Origin: the human T2T-CHM13v2.0 reference genome, Homo sapiens
Direction: 5' to 3' (one strand)
Assembly: GCF_009914755.1 (NCBI RefSeq)
Contig: NC_060933.1
DNA: 64,000 nucleotides
Shown in pieces: positions 34,836 to 49,813 of the stretch (positions within the stretch are counted from its first letter, which is position 1; each line of letters starts with the position of its first letter). The translations under genes and the position numbers were made by a program. Under the pieces are notes generated by a model. The model did no database searches, was not told the origin of the DNA, and saw nothing but the letters and a program-made list of their open reading frames with translations.

Positions 34836-37800
34836 TCAAGATGCAGCTCTGTCAGGCTTCTCTAAGCCCGACGACTGAAAAGCAGGGAAGACAGACGCAG
34901 GACTTCGACTGGCAGATACAACAATCTGAGAGAGAGATGGAGAGAGTGAAGAAACCTTAGATGCTGGAGTATTTATGGTATTCAAAATGGCTCCTTCTGG
35001 GCTAACCAACAATTTTTTGACAGGTGGGTCCAAATGAAACACTGAAGTGCTACTTGGCAGTGGAGGATTACTGGGGCAAATGGCAGAAACCAAAGATGTC
35101 TTAGCCAAAAGAGTAGCTGGAGACTTAATTACTGAAGTCAGTGATACTGTTGGTACAGGAGGTGGAACAGGAACCTTAGCAGTTGTGTTTATGAGTTGTG
35201 GTGATGTATGTACTGTGGGTATAGAACTTGCATTCCCAAAAGAGTTTATAAATTTTGTAGGGCTTCTTAGAGGATGTTGTAGAGGTTGGCCACTTAAGGA
35301 ATTATTTGATGCTAGTGTGATCTTCTGGGCAGAGTTATCTATTGGTGTAGATTGAATGCCTTGGCCACTGTTAAGAACTAAGGGGGCTCCATATTTTGGA
35401 TTAGTAGATATAAGGAGAACATGGCTGCCAGCTCCAAGACCTTGTGGTGGAACAATAAACCGGGTTCCGTTAATCATAATCTGAGTACCAGGTGCCAAAG
35501 GTGTACTGGTATTGATGACTATTTTTTGCTGAATACAAGGTTCACTGAACTGACTCCCGACTAGACTAGTTACATTGGATGGTGCCGAAGCCGTGTGAAT
35601 GGTAGTGCCACCTGGAGCAGAACTGTAACTGGGGGTTTTTACTAAAGCTTGCTGATTTGGCAGAGAAGCAAAATTGGACGTATTAGTTATTTTACCTGGA
35701 CTTGTTGAAAGGGACGACAATTCAGTTTGAGGTTTATTTGTGTTTACATTTGTTGGCACTGTAGTTGAAATCCCTGGTGAATGGAACTGGAGTGAAGTCC
35801 GAGATTGTCTTTTAGAAATAGATACAGAACGTGTGGCTCCTGGTACTGCTGCCGAATGTGGAACTGTGTTTATTATTTTAGGGGATGTAGTCGCAGGTGT
35901 AGGTAAGGCAACCGTAACAGGAATTTGCAAAGCTGATGTTAAACATTTAGGAGACACTACTGGTTGTGTAGTTGAAATCAGAACAGATGATGCAAGGTGT
36001 CCTGTTTTCACAGTTGATATAGCCACAGTGTTTCCGAGACTTGATGAGCAAAGTCTATTTGACAAAATAGGCATAATTCTTGAAGAGGTATCATTTCCAC
36101 TGACTAAAACAGGAGGTTGTGCCCCAGCTGAAGCAGAGGCTGAGGTCACTGGAAAGGAACCCAAAGATAAATTTGCTCCGGTAACTGAAAGCACATTTAC
36201 TGCTCTTGCTGAAGAAACCACTGATTCATTAACAGGGGTAATATTCTGACTCACAAAATTTGAGCTTACTGGAACTGAATTACCACTTGTTGACAATGGC
36301 AAAATATAGCCCTTGCTACTTTTGTCTTCTCCTTTTGGGGTTACATTTTGTAATATGTTAATTGATGGTATAGCTGGCACAGTGCCTGAAGTATTTACAA
36401 TTGCTTGACCTATGTTTAGTCCAATTTTCACATCCTTTATCTGAGACACAGCTGGTGATGAATTTATTTTTATTGGTGTGCCCACTGTAGACGGAATCAG
36501 TACTATTTGGGGTTGCTCTGGAGTCTTAACATATGCTTTATGCAATGGAGGAGGAAGAGTTTGTTTTAATGATTCTGCAACAAGAGTTGGGGTTGATGTA
36601 CCACTAGGAACTGGGGCATTAATAAAAACTAATTTCTGGGCAGAAACACCTGTAGATGTCAGCGCAGGTGTCATATTAATTGCAGTTCCATTGCCAGAAG
36701 AAAGAATAGATGGAGCTGATACCAGCATAAGTTTCTGAACTGGAGTCCCACTGATTACATCTCCATTTGTTGCTGCTGTTGCTTCTGACCTTGTAACAGG
36801 GTAACTTTTTGTGATATAATCTACTTGTTGCTGTTTAGTTGGAGTATGAATAATATTTGCATTGTTTTGTCCAAAATTTGCTGCTGATATGCTAATTACA
36901 CTTACCGAACTACTTGTTGTTGATGGTAGTAGAGTACTAGAACAAATAGAGGACTTCAAGGGAGAAGAGGGCATGTGTGAAGTTTTATCTATCACTTGGC
37001 CCAAATCACCACTGCCAGTGGTGTGGCCTAATGTAAGTTTGAGATTTTTCCCCATGGATGGGGCAAAGCTAGCTGGAATGGAAACAGAAGTTGGTGTTTG
37101 GCTAAAAGGTGAAAGACTAGATGTAGTAGTTGTTCCAGCTACAGGTGAAAAAGCAGAGGAAGAAGTTGTTGATTTTGGCACCAGAAATGCCTGCAGCTGA
37201 GGAGCAAAAGTGAAAACTGAACTTGAAGATACAGTATTGGGTGAATTTTGATCTGGGTTGGTCTGTACTTTTACAACTCCAGTGTTCCCACCTCGTGTCC
37301 TAACAAGAATTGACTGTGAATCTCTTATGCACACAGTTTTCAGCTCTTGCTTTGCTTCAGAAGAATCAGCAGTCTGTTGTGCAAAACAGTTGAAGGAACT
37401 ACCAGGATTTGTAGACCCATTTAGTGTTGTTGTTGATGACAGAGGCTGACCTGTGGAGGAAATGGTCGGTGAAGCACTGGGCAAGGAGAATGTGGCTGCT
37501 GAAACTGCATTCTTGGCTTTTCCTGCCTCACTCTGGCTAGTCTTAACTGATGGTGTTAATAAGTTACTTACAGAGGTTACAGGCGACAAAGGCTGTGGTC
37601 TAGCACTACTTATATTTGATAAAGGTGTAATTGTTTTGTTGAAAGCTGTATTTGGTAGTTGGGTAGAAACAGTTCCTGGTGAGTTGACAAAAACTGATGC
37701 TAAAGAAGAATTTATATTTGTTGTCTGTGGGAAAGATGAACAATGTTGTTCTGTACCTTTCTGTTGAAGTGGTGGCACTTCTTTTGCAACTGCTTTTCCT

Positions 37801-38461
37801 TCTTTATGCTGAATCACAAAATTCTTAGGCAGAATAAGAACTTGCTGCATGATTTTTTCTCCTGTTTTAGGATCCACCATAGGCTGCACCTGAATCTTTA
37901 CAGAGCTATTTTGAAGATCTATTGGCAACCACTGGCCACAGGGCATTTTGTATACCATTTGTAAAGGACCTTTTGTATTGGTGTGGCAGGTCAATGCTGG
38001 CTTTATCGGGCTTGCTTCCGGAGGAGATAAAACTGGTTTTTCCACAGCAAGAGCATTTCTACCTGTGGAAGGAGGCAGTTGATTTGTTAAGGTCACTTTA
38101 TTCCCAATATTCTTTGCAAGCAAAGCCTGAATGGGTTTGGTCCCTTTCTGGAGAGTAGACACTGGTACTGAATCCAATGAGGCAAATGACTCTGGAAATG
38201 ATGGCTCTGTATGCTTTGATTCACTGAAACAGTCAATCTGCACATCACTTTCTAGATTCTCAACTGTTGTCTCATTTGTGCTTAACTTTGCCTTCTTCCT
38301 TGGAGAAAGCTCTTTTGTGCTGTCATCCACATAATCAGTTTGTTTGGACTGTCGTTTAAGTGTTTTAAGCAGTGTCTTCGGTAAGTCTTTTGAAGGCAAT
38401 TCCTTTTTCAACAGCTTGCTTCTAGCCATAGGAAAATCTATTTCTGACAACTTCATATCAT
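34836..38461 (-). CDS. BRD10: KIAA2026/BRD10 terminal coding exon (~1208 codons, Ser/Thr/Pro-rich low-complexity C-terminus)
   Basis: 1206-aa ORF. Acceptor ttttcAG|AT GAT ATG at 38463-38462, phase matches the upstream exon. TGA at 34838-34836. KIAA2026 is the known convergent neighbour of MLANA. Confidence 0.93.
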
Positions 38462-39440
38462 CTGAAAATTATAAAAATGGGCATTTTGTTTATATAAAAC
38501 AGCAACTAAATAGTAATAACATCAACTGTAAAAAAGAAAGTCAATCTTTGAGCTGGCAGTGTATTAAGAAATCTACTGCAGGGTGATTCAAAAGCCTTAG
38601 CACCACTGATGAAGACAAAGGTAAGGTCATCTTTGACATGATAATCTAGATATCATAACCATGCCCAAGAAAAACCTATTATTGAGAAAATTTTTTTGGT
38701 CAAAATTTTTGGTCAAGAATTCTGCTAATTCTTCTGCCAGTGTAAGTGCAAAAAACTGTTTCATTAGAAATACCCAAATAAACAATCAGGGCTCAGAATT
38801 TAATTTGCAAAGGAATCTAGTTCTCTTTTTCTAGCTAGGAACATTTTGATACCATAGAGAGATGGTTCTCCAATCTATTCTATTTCTAGAGACTCTAAAG
38901 GACAAAAAATATCCAGCTTTTACTGATGTTCATCCTTATAGTGAAAAAATTTATGTTCATATTCGGTCAAACTAGGTTTATAAGACATTACTCTTAATTT
39001 GCCAAAGATGGAAAACAATAAGTTAATGCATTTCTAACCACTCTGTTGCCCATATTAACCTCTACATAACCAAAGAAAGTCATTAAACTAGATTTACATA
39101 ACGTAATCTGATAAACTGAAATGAATTACAGGTAATCTAATCCAGCCCTTTATCCTTATTAAAATGATGTGTTCATTCTGGTCTCATTAGGCCATCAACC
39201 ATGGTAATTCCTGAAAAAATAATCTTCACAATATTAAGAACTTGTCAAATTCTATTTCTAAAGTAAATTTCAGATACAGTGCTTCAAAAATACTAATAAT
39301 AAAAAGAAGAGCATGAACCAATTTCAAAGGGATTACAGATCAAGGGTGTGTGGTTTGTAATGGGCAATGACAGGCCTACAGTTTGCAGTCAATTACTGGC
39401 TCCTGAAACTCCTAGAAATGTAATAATGACTCCAAGAAAC

Positions 39441-39648
39441 TTTTTTTTTTTTTTGAGACAGCATTTTGCTCTGTTGCCCAGTCTAGAAAGCAGTGGACAG
39501 CTCACTGTAACCTTAAATTCCTGGCCTCAAGTGATACTCCTATCTCGACCTCTTGAATAGCTGGGACTACAGGGATGCAACCACCATGCCTGGCTAATTT
39601 TTATTTATTTTTTTGTTGAGATGGGGTCTCGCTATGTTGCCTAGGCTA
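39441..39648 (-). mobile_element. Partial old Alu (AluJ/FRAM-like)
   Basis: Poly-T, tgagacagcattttgctctgttgccc..., ends in the left arm. Confidence 0.85.
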
Positions 39649-39809
39649 GTAGAAACTTCTTATAAGGATGTGGACACTACTTCTTCAAAACATAACAGAT
39701 TTCCCTAATCAATATATTTCATTGACCATATTATCTTTTGCCTTCACAGCAAACAAAAACTTCTCTTTGTGCCTTCAGTGTTGACTTAAAAAAAAAGTTT
39801 AATGCTTAC

Positions 39810-39997
39810 CTGAATCAAAGTGATCTTTCTCCAGGATATCCAGAGGTTCTGTTGAGTCTATAGACTTACTGATTTCTCCCTTAGGAGAGTCTTTTCCAAG
39901 ATCTCCTTCACCTTCATCAGTGGTCCATAGTTCTCTATTAAATGTATCATGATCAGGTTGTCTTCTGAAATCATCATAGTCTTTCTTCAGGCGGCTC
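39810..39997 (-). CDS. BRD10: KIAA2026/BRD10 penultimate coding exon: (R)SRLKKDYDDFRRQPDHD...EKDHFDS(D)
   Basis: tttcAG|G acceptor, CAG|GTAAGC donor, 188 nt, phase 2/1. Lies within ORF 39799..40071. Confidence 0.92.
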
Positions 39998-40182
39998 CTG
40001 AAATAAAATGCCCAACATAATAAATAATACATATGATTTAAATTCTTGGAATCTAAACTAACTTTTAACATTTTAAACTACATATGGAAATATTTTTTAT
40101 TAAGTCACTAGAAATGCTTTAATCTTAAGTGTGTCTAAGATGCTTAGTTCAGTCTTGCCAATGCTCAGGAAGACAGAACCTA

Positions 40183-40561
<379 letters not shown>

Positions 40562-40906
40562 TCAGAATAAAGATTTGAACATACCATCTGATCATCTTTA
40601 TAAAGGTTGCTGTTAGACCAATTAAATGAGACAACTAATTTTTTTTCTAGCTGCACTGACAGATTAGAGTCTTAAAATTACTGACTATAACACATCTTAA
40701 AAGGTCATTTAAAAAAAGTTTAAGCCAGAAATTCTAAGCACCAGTATCTATTTTTGTGACTATCATACAGAGAGTAACAAATCTATCACTTAATCCTGGG
40801 AGTAATTGTATCTAAACCTTTCAATCTTAATAGAAATATTTTAAAAAATTATGCCTAGGAAAACAAAGCTGAAAAGTAATCTTTCACAGAGATCTTTTTC
40901 ATATAA

Positions 40907-41947
<1,041 letters not shown>

Positions 41948-42279
41948 GCTTTTAATTTTTAAAACATTAAAATTCCTTAATTTCCAAAACATTAAAATTC
42001 CTTAATTTTCTAAGCATCAGTTTACTTATTACAAATGAGAATAATAATAGTACTTACCTCTCAGTACGTGTGGCACATAAATATTCAACAAATGTTAGTT
42101 AATAATTGCTTTCAGTTTATGTAGGTTTTCAATTATTGTTAAGGGTTTTATGGAAGCACATGAGGGCTGTGAAAGGTATTAGAATGGGTTACCAAATGAT
42201 AATCATAAAATGAATTTCCCTTTCAATCTATAAGATTGGAATGAAAAAATATCTATGTGGGGATAGTATAAAGTTCTCC

Positions 42280-44102
42280 TCCCTTCTCACTCTCAGTAAC
42301 CTTCTCGGTCTCAGTTAATGGCTTTACTTCTTATTTCAAGAAAAATGGAGGCAATCAGAAGAGAACTTTCACATGCTCACACCTCATCTGCAACTCACCT
42401 TAATGTATATTCCTATTCTCCATCTCCCTACCTAAGCTAACACCTCCATTTAAATGCATCCTCTTACCTAATCAAGGATAACACTCTACCAAATGTCCCT
42501 TCCTTTACCTGAATCCATTTTTTGTCTACTAAATCATTTCCATCAGTACACAAACATGTTATTCTATCACACAAACGACAACAACAAAACACACTCTCTT
42601 AACCTCTTTTCCTTCCAGATACTGCTCCATTTCTCTATTCCACCTTATAGCAAAACTCCATGAAAGAGGACTCTTCCATTTCTCTCCCCTAATTCTCCTG
42701 AATAGACTTCTAAGACTTTTATCCACTCTTCTACTACCACAGCTCACCAAGGTCATTAATATGATCCTCATGTTGCCAAATTAAATAATAAATTCTTATT
42801 TCTCATTTCCTCAACCCATCATGAGCAGCCCTCCTTTATGAAACATTTTCTTTACCTGGTTTCCAAAACACTTCTCTTCCTTGACTATCTTCCTGTTTTA
42901 CTGAGCACTCCTTCAAAGTCTCTTCTACTGAGTCCTACTCATCTTGGCCACTTCTACATGCTGGAAGGTCTAATGCTCGCTTTTCTTTTCTTCTCTATCT
43001 ATGCTCATATACTAAGTGATTTCTACCAGCCTTATGTCTTTAAATACAATCAAGATGCTGACAGCTCCCAAATTTGTACCTCCAGACTCCCTTGAACTCA
43101 GACTCCTATACTGAACTGCTTATTCAATAACACCAATTATATGTCTAAAGAGCATATCAAAGTTAACATGTTCAAATCCAACTCTTCAATCCCCTCTACC
43201 TCTCAAATTTGCTACTCCTTGAGTTTCCCCTATCTCAGTTAATGGCAATTCCATTATTCCAGTTGTTTAGACCAAAAATAGTGGGTATCATCTTTTTCAT
43301 TCCTCACTTTCTCTCATACTCCACATATCCAATCCTTAAGCAAATTCTACCAATCCTACTTTCAAGGTATATCCAGAATCCAGCCACTCCTTGGTATCTG
43401 CACTGCTACTATCCTAGTCCAAGCCTCTACCATTTTTCTCCTGGATTACTGCTATAGTATACTGGTTTCCCTGCTTTCATCTTTGTCCTATTACATTTAT
43501 CTCCACCCAACAGAGTGATTGCTTTAAAACATAAATCAAATCATGTCCCTTCCCTGCTTAAAACCCTTCAATGGCTTCTCACCTCACTCAGTGTAAAAAC
43601 TCCAATTCTTAAAGATCTACATGATCTGGCTTCCTTCCTCCTTACCTCTCTGACTCTTGCCTGTTACCACATTTCTCTTCACTCGCTCTGCTCTGGTTAC
43701 ACTTGCCTCTTTGCATCTCCACTAAACGCCAAACATGCTATCAACTCTAGGGCTTTAGTACCTTCTATTCCCTCTGCTTTCCCCTCAGAAATCCACAGAG
43801 CTCCCTTCCTCATTTCTTTAAGGTCTCTGTTCAAACACCAACTCATCAGGGAAGCTTTCCCTGACACCTGATCAAAGAGTAACCTTCACCCTGCCCAAAT
43901 CAGCCATTTCTTAACCCCCTTACCTTGCTTTATTTTTCTTCACAGCACTTTTTTTTGCCATCTGACATTTGAGTGTGTTTTTTTCCATGAGAATGTTAAG
44001 TCACAGAGTGGAGACTTTGTTTAGTCAACAATATTTTCTCAGGGCTTAGAAAGAGCCTTGCACACAGTGGGCAGTCAAAAATATCTGCCGAATTACAAAT
44101 GA
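42280..44102 (+). mobile_element. L2 LINE 3' portion
   Basis: Pyrimidine-rich L2 hallmarks: gaggcaatcagaagagaact, tgctgacagctcccaaatt, cttaaaacccttcaatggctt, and the 3' end gccttgcacacagtgggcagtcaaaaatat. Confidence 0.85.
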
Positions 44103-44195
44103 CTGGAAAACTACTAAATGATTCCAGGACATCATCCAAAAATCGTAAATTAAGGACCATAAAATAAGTAAAACAGATTATAACATTAAAATTAC

Positions 44196-44311
44196 CTGTT
44201 TCTTTGGAAAGCCTTCATTAACTTTGGTTCCCATGGCAGCAATTCATTTAAAAGACGTATCAATGTACTATGTAATTCTTTTACAGCTTGCCTCCGATGA
44301 TACCATTTTCC
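44196..44311 (-). CDS. BRD10: KIAA2026/BRD10 internal coding exon: GKWYHRRQAVKELHSTLIRLLNELLPWEPKLMKAFQRN(R)
   Basis: tttttAG|GGA acceptor, AG|GTAAT donor, 116 nt, phase 0/2, open frame. Confidence 0.9.
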
Positions 44312-44929
44312 CTAAAAACAATGTTTAAAGTAAATCCCTTAGATTTATTCTAAAAGTAAATGTCAAAACTTATTTTCTGAGTAAAATACAAAAACACCAA
44401 TACTCCATAAAAACGTATTTCTTCTTCAGAAGCTTGCAGAAAGGGGGAAAATATCCTGTAATAAATTTTATTCAATATATGTAACAATTCTCAATTCTAC
44501 CAGAGAAATCTGAAACCTGTTTCATCCAACTGGAAGATAAAAATTTTAAAAATGTTTTAAAATTGCATCAATTGTAAATGTTTTAATAAATCATTTGTTA
44601 AATATATGTAAAAACACAAACATTTATATAAATTCATTAAGTAAGTATGACATGGGTCATTTCAGTAAAGTTACTGTAACTTTCCCAAAGACTGGGGAAA
44701 AGGGAGAAAAGGTAGGTTTGTTATCATGTCTAAAAGCAGTCTTTTTAACAAACTTCCTAGGAAATTTTACAATTATTTTATTTTACAATGTTTCTAGCCC
44801 AGAAAAGCAACCAAGCAGTTACTGTTTTCAATACCCTAATGCTATACTAAGAGTTAATAATTACTGATGTCCTCTCAATTTGCTAAGTTTTAACCTAGGT
44901 ATTTCACATATATATATATCTAGAGAGAG

Positions 44930-45090
44930 CTCTAGCATTTACAAAAAGCCTTCTGAGATGTGTGCATTGTTATGTTCACTTTACAAATGATGAAAATAAG
45001 GCTCATAGAGATTAAATGACTTGCTTAAGGTCCTATAACTTAAACCCGTATCTGCCTGATTCTGAAGTCCAAGCTCTTAGAACCACATCA
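44930..45090 (-). mobile_element. MIR
   Basis: ttacaaatgatgaaaataaggctcatagagattaaatgacttgcttaaggtc. Confidence 0.7.
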
Positions 45091-47524
45091 CTACCTCTTA
45101 AAAAGTACATCACATGAATTCAATCTGACACAGGCTATAGAAACCTCTAGAAGATACACCTCACCTGTATATATAAAATTATTTGAATAACATAGGAACA
45201 ATAAATTTATAGCTGCTAAGCCACAGTATATACCTATTATTACCATCACCTACTGTTACATAATCATGTTGGGTTTTTTTTTTGTAATGGCTTTGAGATA
45301 TAATTCACACATCACACAATCCACATGTTTTCTTTCTAACAAAAGATACATAATTATATACGTTATGGGTCACATTTAACATGCATAAACAGATTTTGTC
45401 CTACAGCAACTGTTGAGTCCATTTGCATATAAGTAGAACACTAAGGTGGAAAAATTACCACTATCTAGAGCAAAAACTATTACAAACATGTGCATAAATT
45501 TCCCAATATATATAAGGAGATTATATATATATATATATATATGACCTTCAAATTTGTCATGAAAATTTTAGTCACATATAAACCTGTGTGACGAACAGTA
45601 CAGTTTTACAAAAAATATTCTGTGCTTTAAACCAGCAGAATGTTTATGCACATTAACAGGTAAATTTCTACCTCTGAGGTTTTTATATCTTAGAAGAGGA
45701 ATTGCTTACTAGAAGAGTAGGAAGATATGAGATTATATATGTGCATGTGCACGTAATGAATATGGAACCGAGGCTCATGACTAATTCTTGTTTCTTAATG
45801 GTATGATGAATCAAAGAATTAAGAAAAAAAATTCAAGAAAAGTAATTTTTATTTCATATATTAATCTAGATAGGCCTCTTTCTTGTTAAATGTGTTCTAA
45901 AGTACACAAAGGACGCAAGTTAAAAATGAGCTACACCTTACAAGTTTATTTTTCTCAAAGAAATGTTATAAAAGTGCTTATTTTAAGCCATGAACACAAA
46001 ACTATTAAATGATACATTATAAAATTGAACAGGAAGTAACTTTCATCTAGAAAAAGTGAACTTAAAATAGAAATTAGGTAGACTTGTAACCAACATTCTT
46101 CCACTTCTCAACTATTTGGCTTCAAAAAGTCAAATGGTCAGAGTGGAAGTAAATCTTTCCTAAGTTAAAGAGAGAAGAAAGAGGAAAGATATGATAGTAG
46201 GGAGACTATACTCTTTGTGGCAGAATTAACTGGAAAACTGTTCAAAGGCTAGGGAACACCAGGCATGCTGAATTCCTCACCGGGAGTTACAGGAGAAAAA
46301 TGGCAGCTGTAGAGTTACTCTGGGCAGTATGACTGCTGCCTGGATTAGCAAGTGGTAGTGTGGTGGGGGATGCAGAAGGACTAGCAGTATTGTGGCACAG
46401 AAGACCTTACTTAGGCCTAGGTAGATGAGGCACAGGATGGGGAGACTGGGTAGCTGGGATGTTGTTATTTCAAGATATTTGTCAACTGTATTTCTGCCTC
46501 TGTTGAATTACAATATTAATTTTTGTAGAAAAGTTTTTAAAAGATTAGAAAGTTTTTACCTTTTATGTTTATTACTAATCTTAGAAATTTAATCCCACAT
46601 GGAGAAATATACTACTGAACTAGAAGACTGTATATAAGGAAGGAAGCTTAAATATTATGATCAGAGAACAGACTTCTTTCATACAACTTACCCACTAATC
46701 TGTTTTGAAATGTCTGTTATCTTTTAACATTATATGTTTTGTGGCCTTCTTCTCTTTCTTTATGTATTTTCAGTCTGGGGTAGTGGTGGTATAGTACTTC
46801 ATTCATAATTTGAAAATGCTTATTAAATCATTCTATATTTCGAAAACAAACCCAAAAGTTTATTATTTTCACAACACAAATTATAGAAAAGACTGATAAA
46901 ATGCTTTGTCTAGCAGATACATATGAATATAATGACCACAACAAAGGGCACCCCTATACCCTGCCATGGAGAATGTGAGTCAAGTTTTTATGTTGCTCAA
47001 AAGCATGCAGAGGTTTAAAAAAGTTGAAAATTAACTGTTCTGGGATTGCTATTTGAGGTAAGGTGCTTTAATTACTTAGAGTAAAAGGGAAACTCACACT
47101 GCCTGTTTTATGTATCATCTGCTTTGGTCAAAACATGGTGCTTATAACCCCAATCAAATTAAAATAATGACACTGTCCCTTTCTACTTAGTAGTGTTCTC
47201 AGAGTTGCATGGTATACAATGAAATTAATGTAAAGAGAAGAAAAGTTATATAAAAGAAATGAGATGATAATCTGCCTTATCTTGGGTCTAATATAAAAAT
47301 CTACATAAAAATCAAGCAAATATTTATTGAACTTTAAATTAGGTCATTAACTAAAAGCTACTAATAGCTTTTCTGATTGATCAACTTTATTCATATACAC
47401 GGACAAGGGAAAAACAAAGAACAATGATCATGTTTCATCTCGGATGAAATTATTAAAGTTGAAAGGAAACTAAAAGGGCATTTATTTTCTAGAAGAAAAT
47501 GGTCTAAAGTTATACAGGGAAGTA

Positions 47525-47846
47525 CAGTTGACCCTAGGTATCCAACCACAGATATAAAATAATTTGGAAGAAAAAAAATGAATGGTTGTGTCTACACTAA
47601 ACACATACAGACTTTTCTTTCTTGTCATTATTCCCTAGACAATATAGTATAACCAGTATTTAAATCACATTTACATTGTAGTAGATATTATAAGTAATAC
47701 AGAGATGATTTAAAGTCTACAGGAGGATGTGTGTAGGTTATACATAAAGACTACACCATTTTATATAAGGCACTCGAACATACATGGATTTTGGTATGAA
47801 GGTGGGGTCCTGGAACCAATCTCCCAAGGATACTGAGACACAACTG
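47525..47846. mobile_element. MER2-like TcMar-Tigger non-autonomous element
   Basis: TA-CAGTTG...CAACTG-TA ends. Internal cttgtcattattccct and gtcctggaaccaatc. Confidence 0.85.
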
Positions 47847-49501
47847 TATTTGCCGACAGAAGCAGCCATTAGACTAGAATTCTACACTCTAAATACTAAC
47901 GTCTAATCTCCTTCCACTATACAATGCTGTATTTCTTGGACCCCACAAAGACAATTCCTAAAGAAGACATAGATTATCTTGTGTAAGTACCTATATTTAC
48001 ATGTAGGTATCTCTGTATTATAAGAATTAAAATCTCTAAGACTTATTTTAACTTTTAAAATTACAATAATAATTAAAATAATAATGACCTAAAGTTAAGA
48101 GTGAATTAAAAGCAAAACAGCAAGTTCTTCTGTCTTCAAACACAAAGACAGAATGTGGATGTAATAAAAATCAGAAAGGTTCTTAAGACTCTTTCTCTAT
48201 ACTGATTAATACACAAACAAAGATAAAAATGGCAGATAGATAATTTAGTAAAAGATCATTTGTGGAGCAGTGCTATGACTTTCTCTAATAAAAATATATT
48301 TAATAAGCTTTATGCATCTAATTTTAGTTCTGACTTTCCTTTATAAACAAGTATGTGAACACAGGGATAAATTAACTGTTTCCATGTTAGAATTTTCACT
48401 ATTTTCATAGGCAAACAATACTGAGAGAATCTCAATGCATTACATGAATTTCATAATTCAAATATTTACTGAAGGTCACTTTATAAAGGGACAAGCAGTA
48501 TTTTTCTTTTATGAATCAACAAAAGTATGAATTTCAAGTGTACATTATGGAACCAAAGACATACAATATAATTTAAATTTGAAGCTTACCTTTCATGCTT
48601 TCTCATCCAATGTCCACGGCAGCTGCAGATTGCCAGCTCCCTTTCCATAAGATGGCCCAACTACCAAACACTGGAGGTTTTATAACCCCATAGGGATTGC
48701 TACAACAAGGAACTGGTCTATGGTCACAAGATTAAGTCCTTCATTATATCATGCAGTTTTATAAGTCTTTGAATGTAACAGATTAATAACTTAAGGAATC
48801 ATAAAGGAAAATAAAAAATAACTTACAAAACTACACAATATTGTAAAAAGAAAAGCTGCATCTCTATGTATGTGAAATGAGTCGGGAGGGAAACTTACCT
48901 CACAACTAAAGAACAACTGCATTCTGCTACAGTAATCTGGGATGGGTATGACAGCACCAGCATAACACTGGCTGGAGTGTGGCAAGGAGAGGGAGTTGGC
49001 AATCTACTGATGCTGGGGACATTGGATACCTAAAAAGGAAAAAAAGAGGGACATAAATAAATTCTATATTAAATGTCTCATAACAACAAATATATTTTGC
49101 ACACTTTAATTTAGATACTTTGTACATTAAACTTAGGTGAAAGTCACTTGTTTATACAAGCCATACAGTTACTTACATAGATTTTTCTTGTAATATTATA
49201 TCTAAACAAAACAGGTATCGGCAGTCATATGAAGAAAAAATTAAAATCATATAAAAATATACAAAGAATGCTTTTTAAAATGGAGATGGTATTATTGTGG
49301 AGATAACATTTTTATTTAAAAGAACAGTACAAAACATATACAACAAAAGTATGAATGCTTTTTTCCTATATGCTTTTATTTACAAATATGTTGTTAGATC
49401 ACAGACACATGAAGCACAGAACATTTTTTGTTACAAGTTTAATTCTTGTCACAGACATAAATTCTGTGGTAGAGAAGGTATTAAATATCAATATATTATG
49501 C

Positions 49502-49813
49502 TTTTCTTTTTTTTTTTTTTTTTGGAGACAGGGTCTTGCTCTGTTGCCCAGGCTGGAGTGCAGAGGTACGATGTCGGCTCATGGCAACCTCCACCTCCTG
49601 GGTTCAAGCAATTCTCCTGCCTCAGTCTCCCTAGTAGCTAGAATTACAGATGCCTGCCACCACGCCCAACTAATTTTAAATTTTTGTTTTTTCAGTAGAG
49701 ATGAGGCTTCACCATATTGACCAGGCTGGTCTTGAACTCCTGACCTCAAGTGATCCACCTGCCTTGGCCTCCTGAAGTAGTGGGATTACAGACACGAGCC
49801 ACTGCGCCCGGCC
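49502..49813 (-). mobile_element. Alu (AluS-like)
   Basis: Antisense dimer. TSD atattatg. Confidence 0.92.

Noticed and set aside
38454-38456. ATG of the 1206-aa ORF as a start codon of a single-exon gene
   Set aside because: A canonical acceptor lies 5 nt upstream and upstream exons splice in frame, so this is an internal Met.
35047-38586. Many + strand ORFs overlapping the BRD10 last exon
   Set aside because: Antisense shadows of a long Ser/Thr/Pro-biased coding exon.
43209-43871. ORFs of 82 and 118 aa
   Set aside because: Lie within the decayed L2 element.
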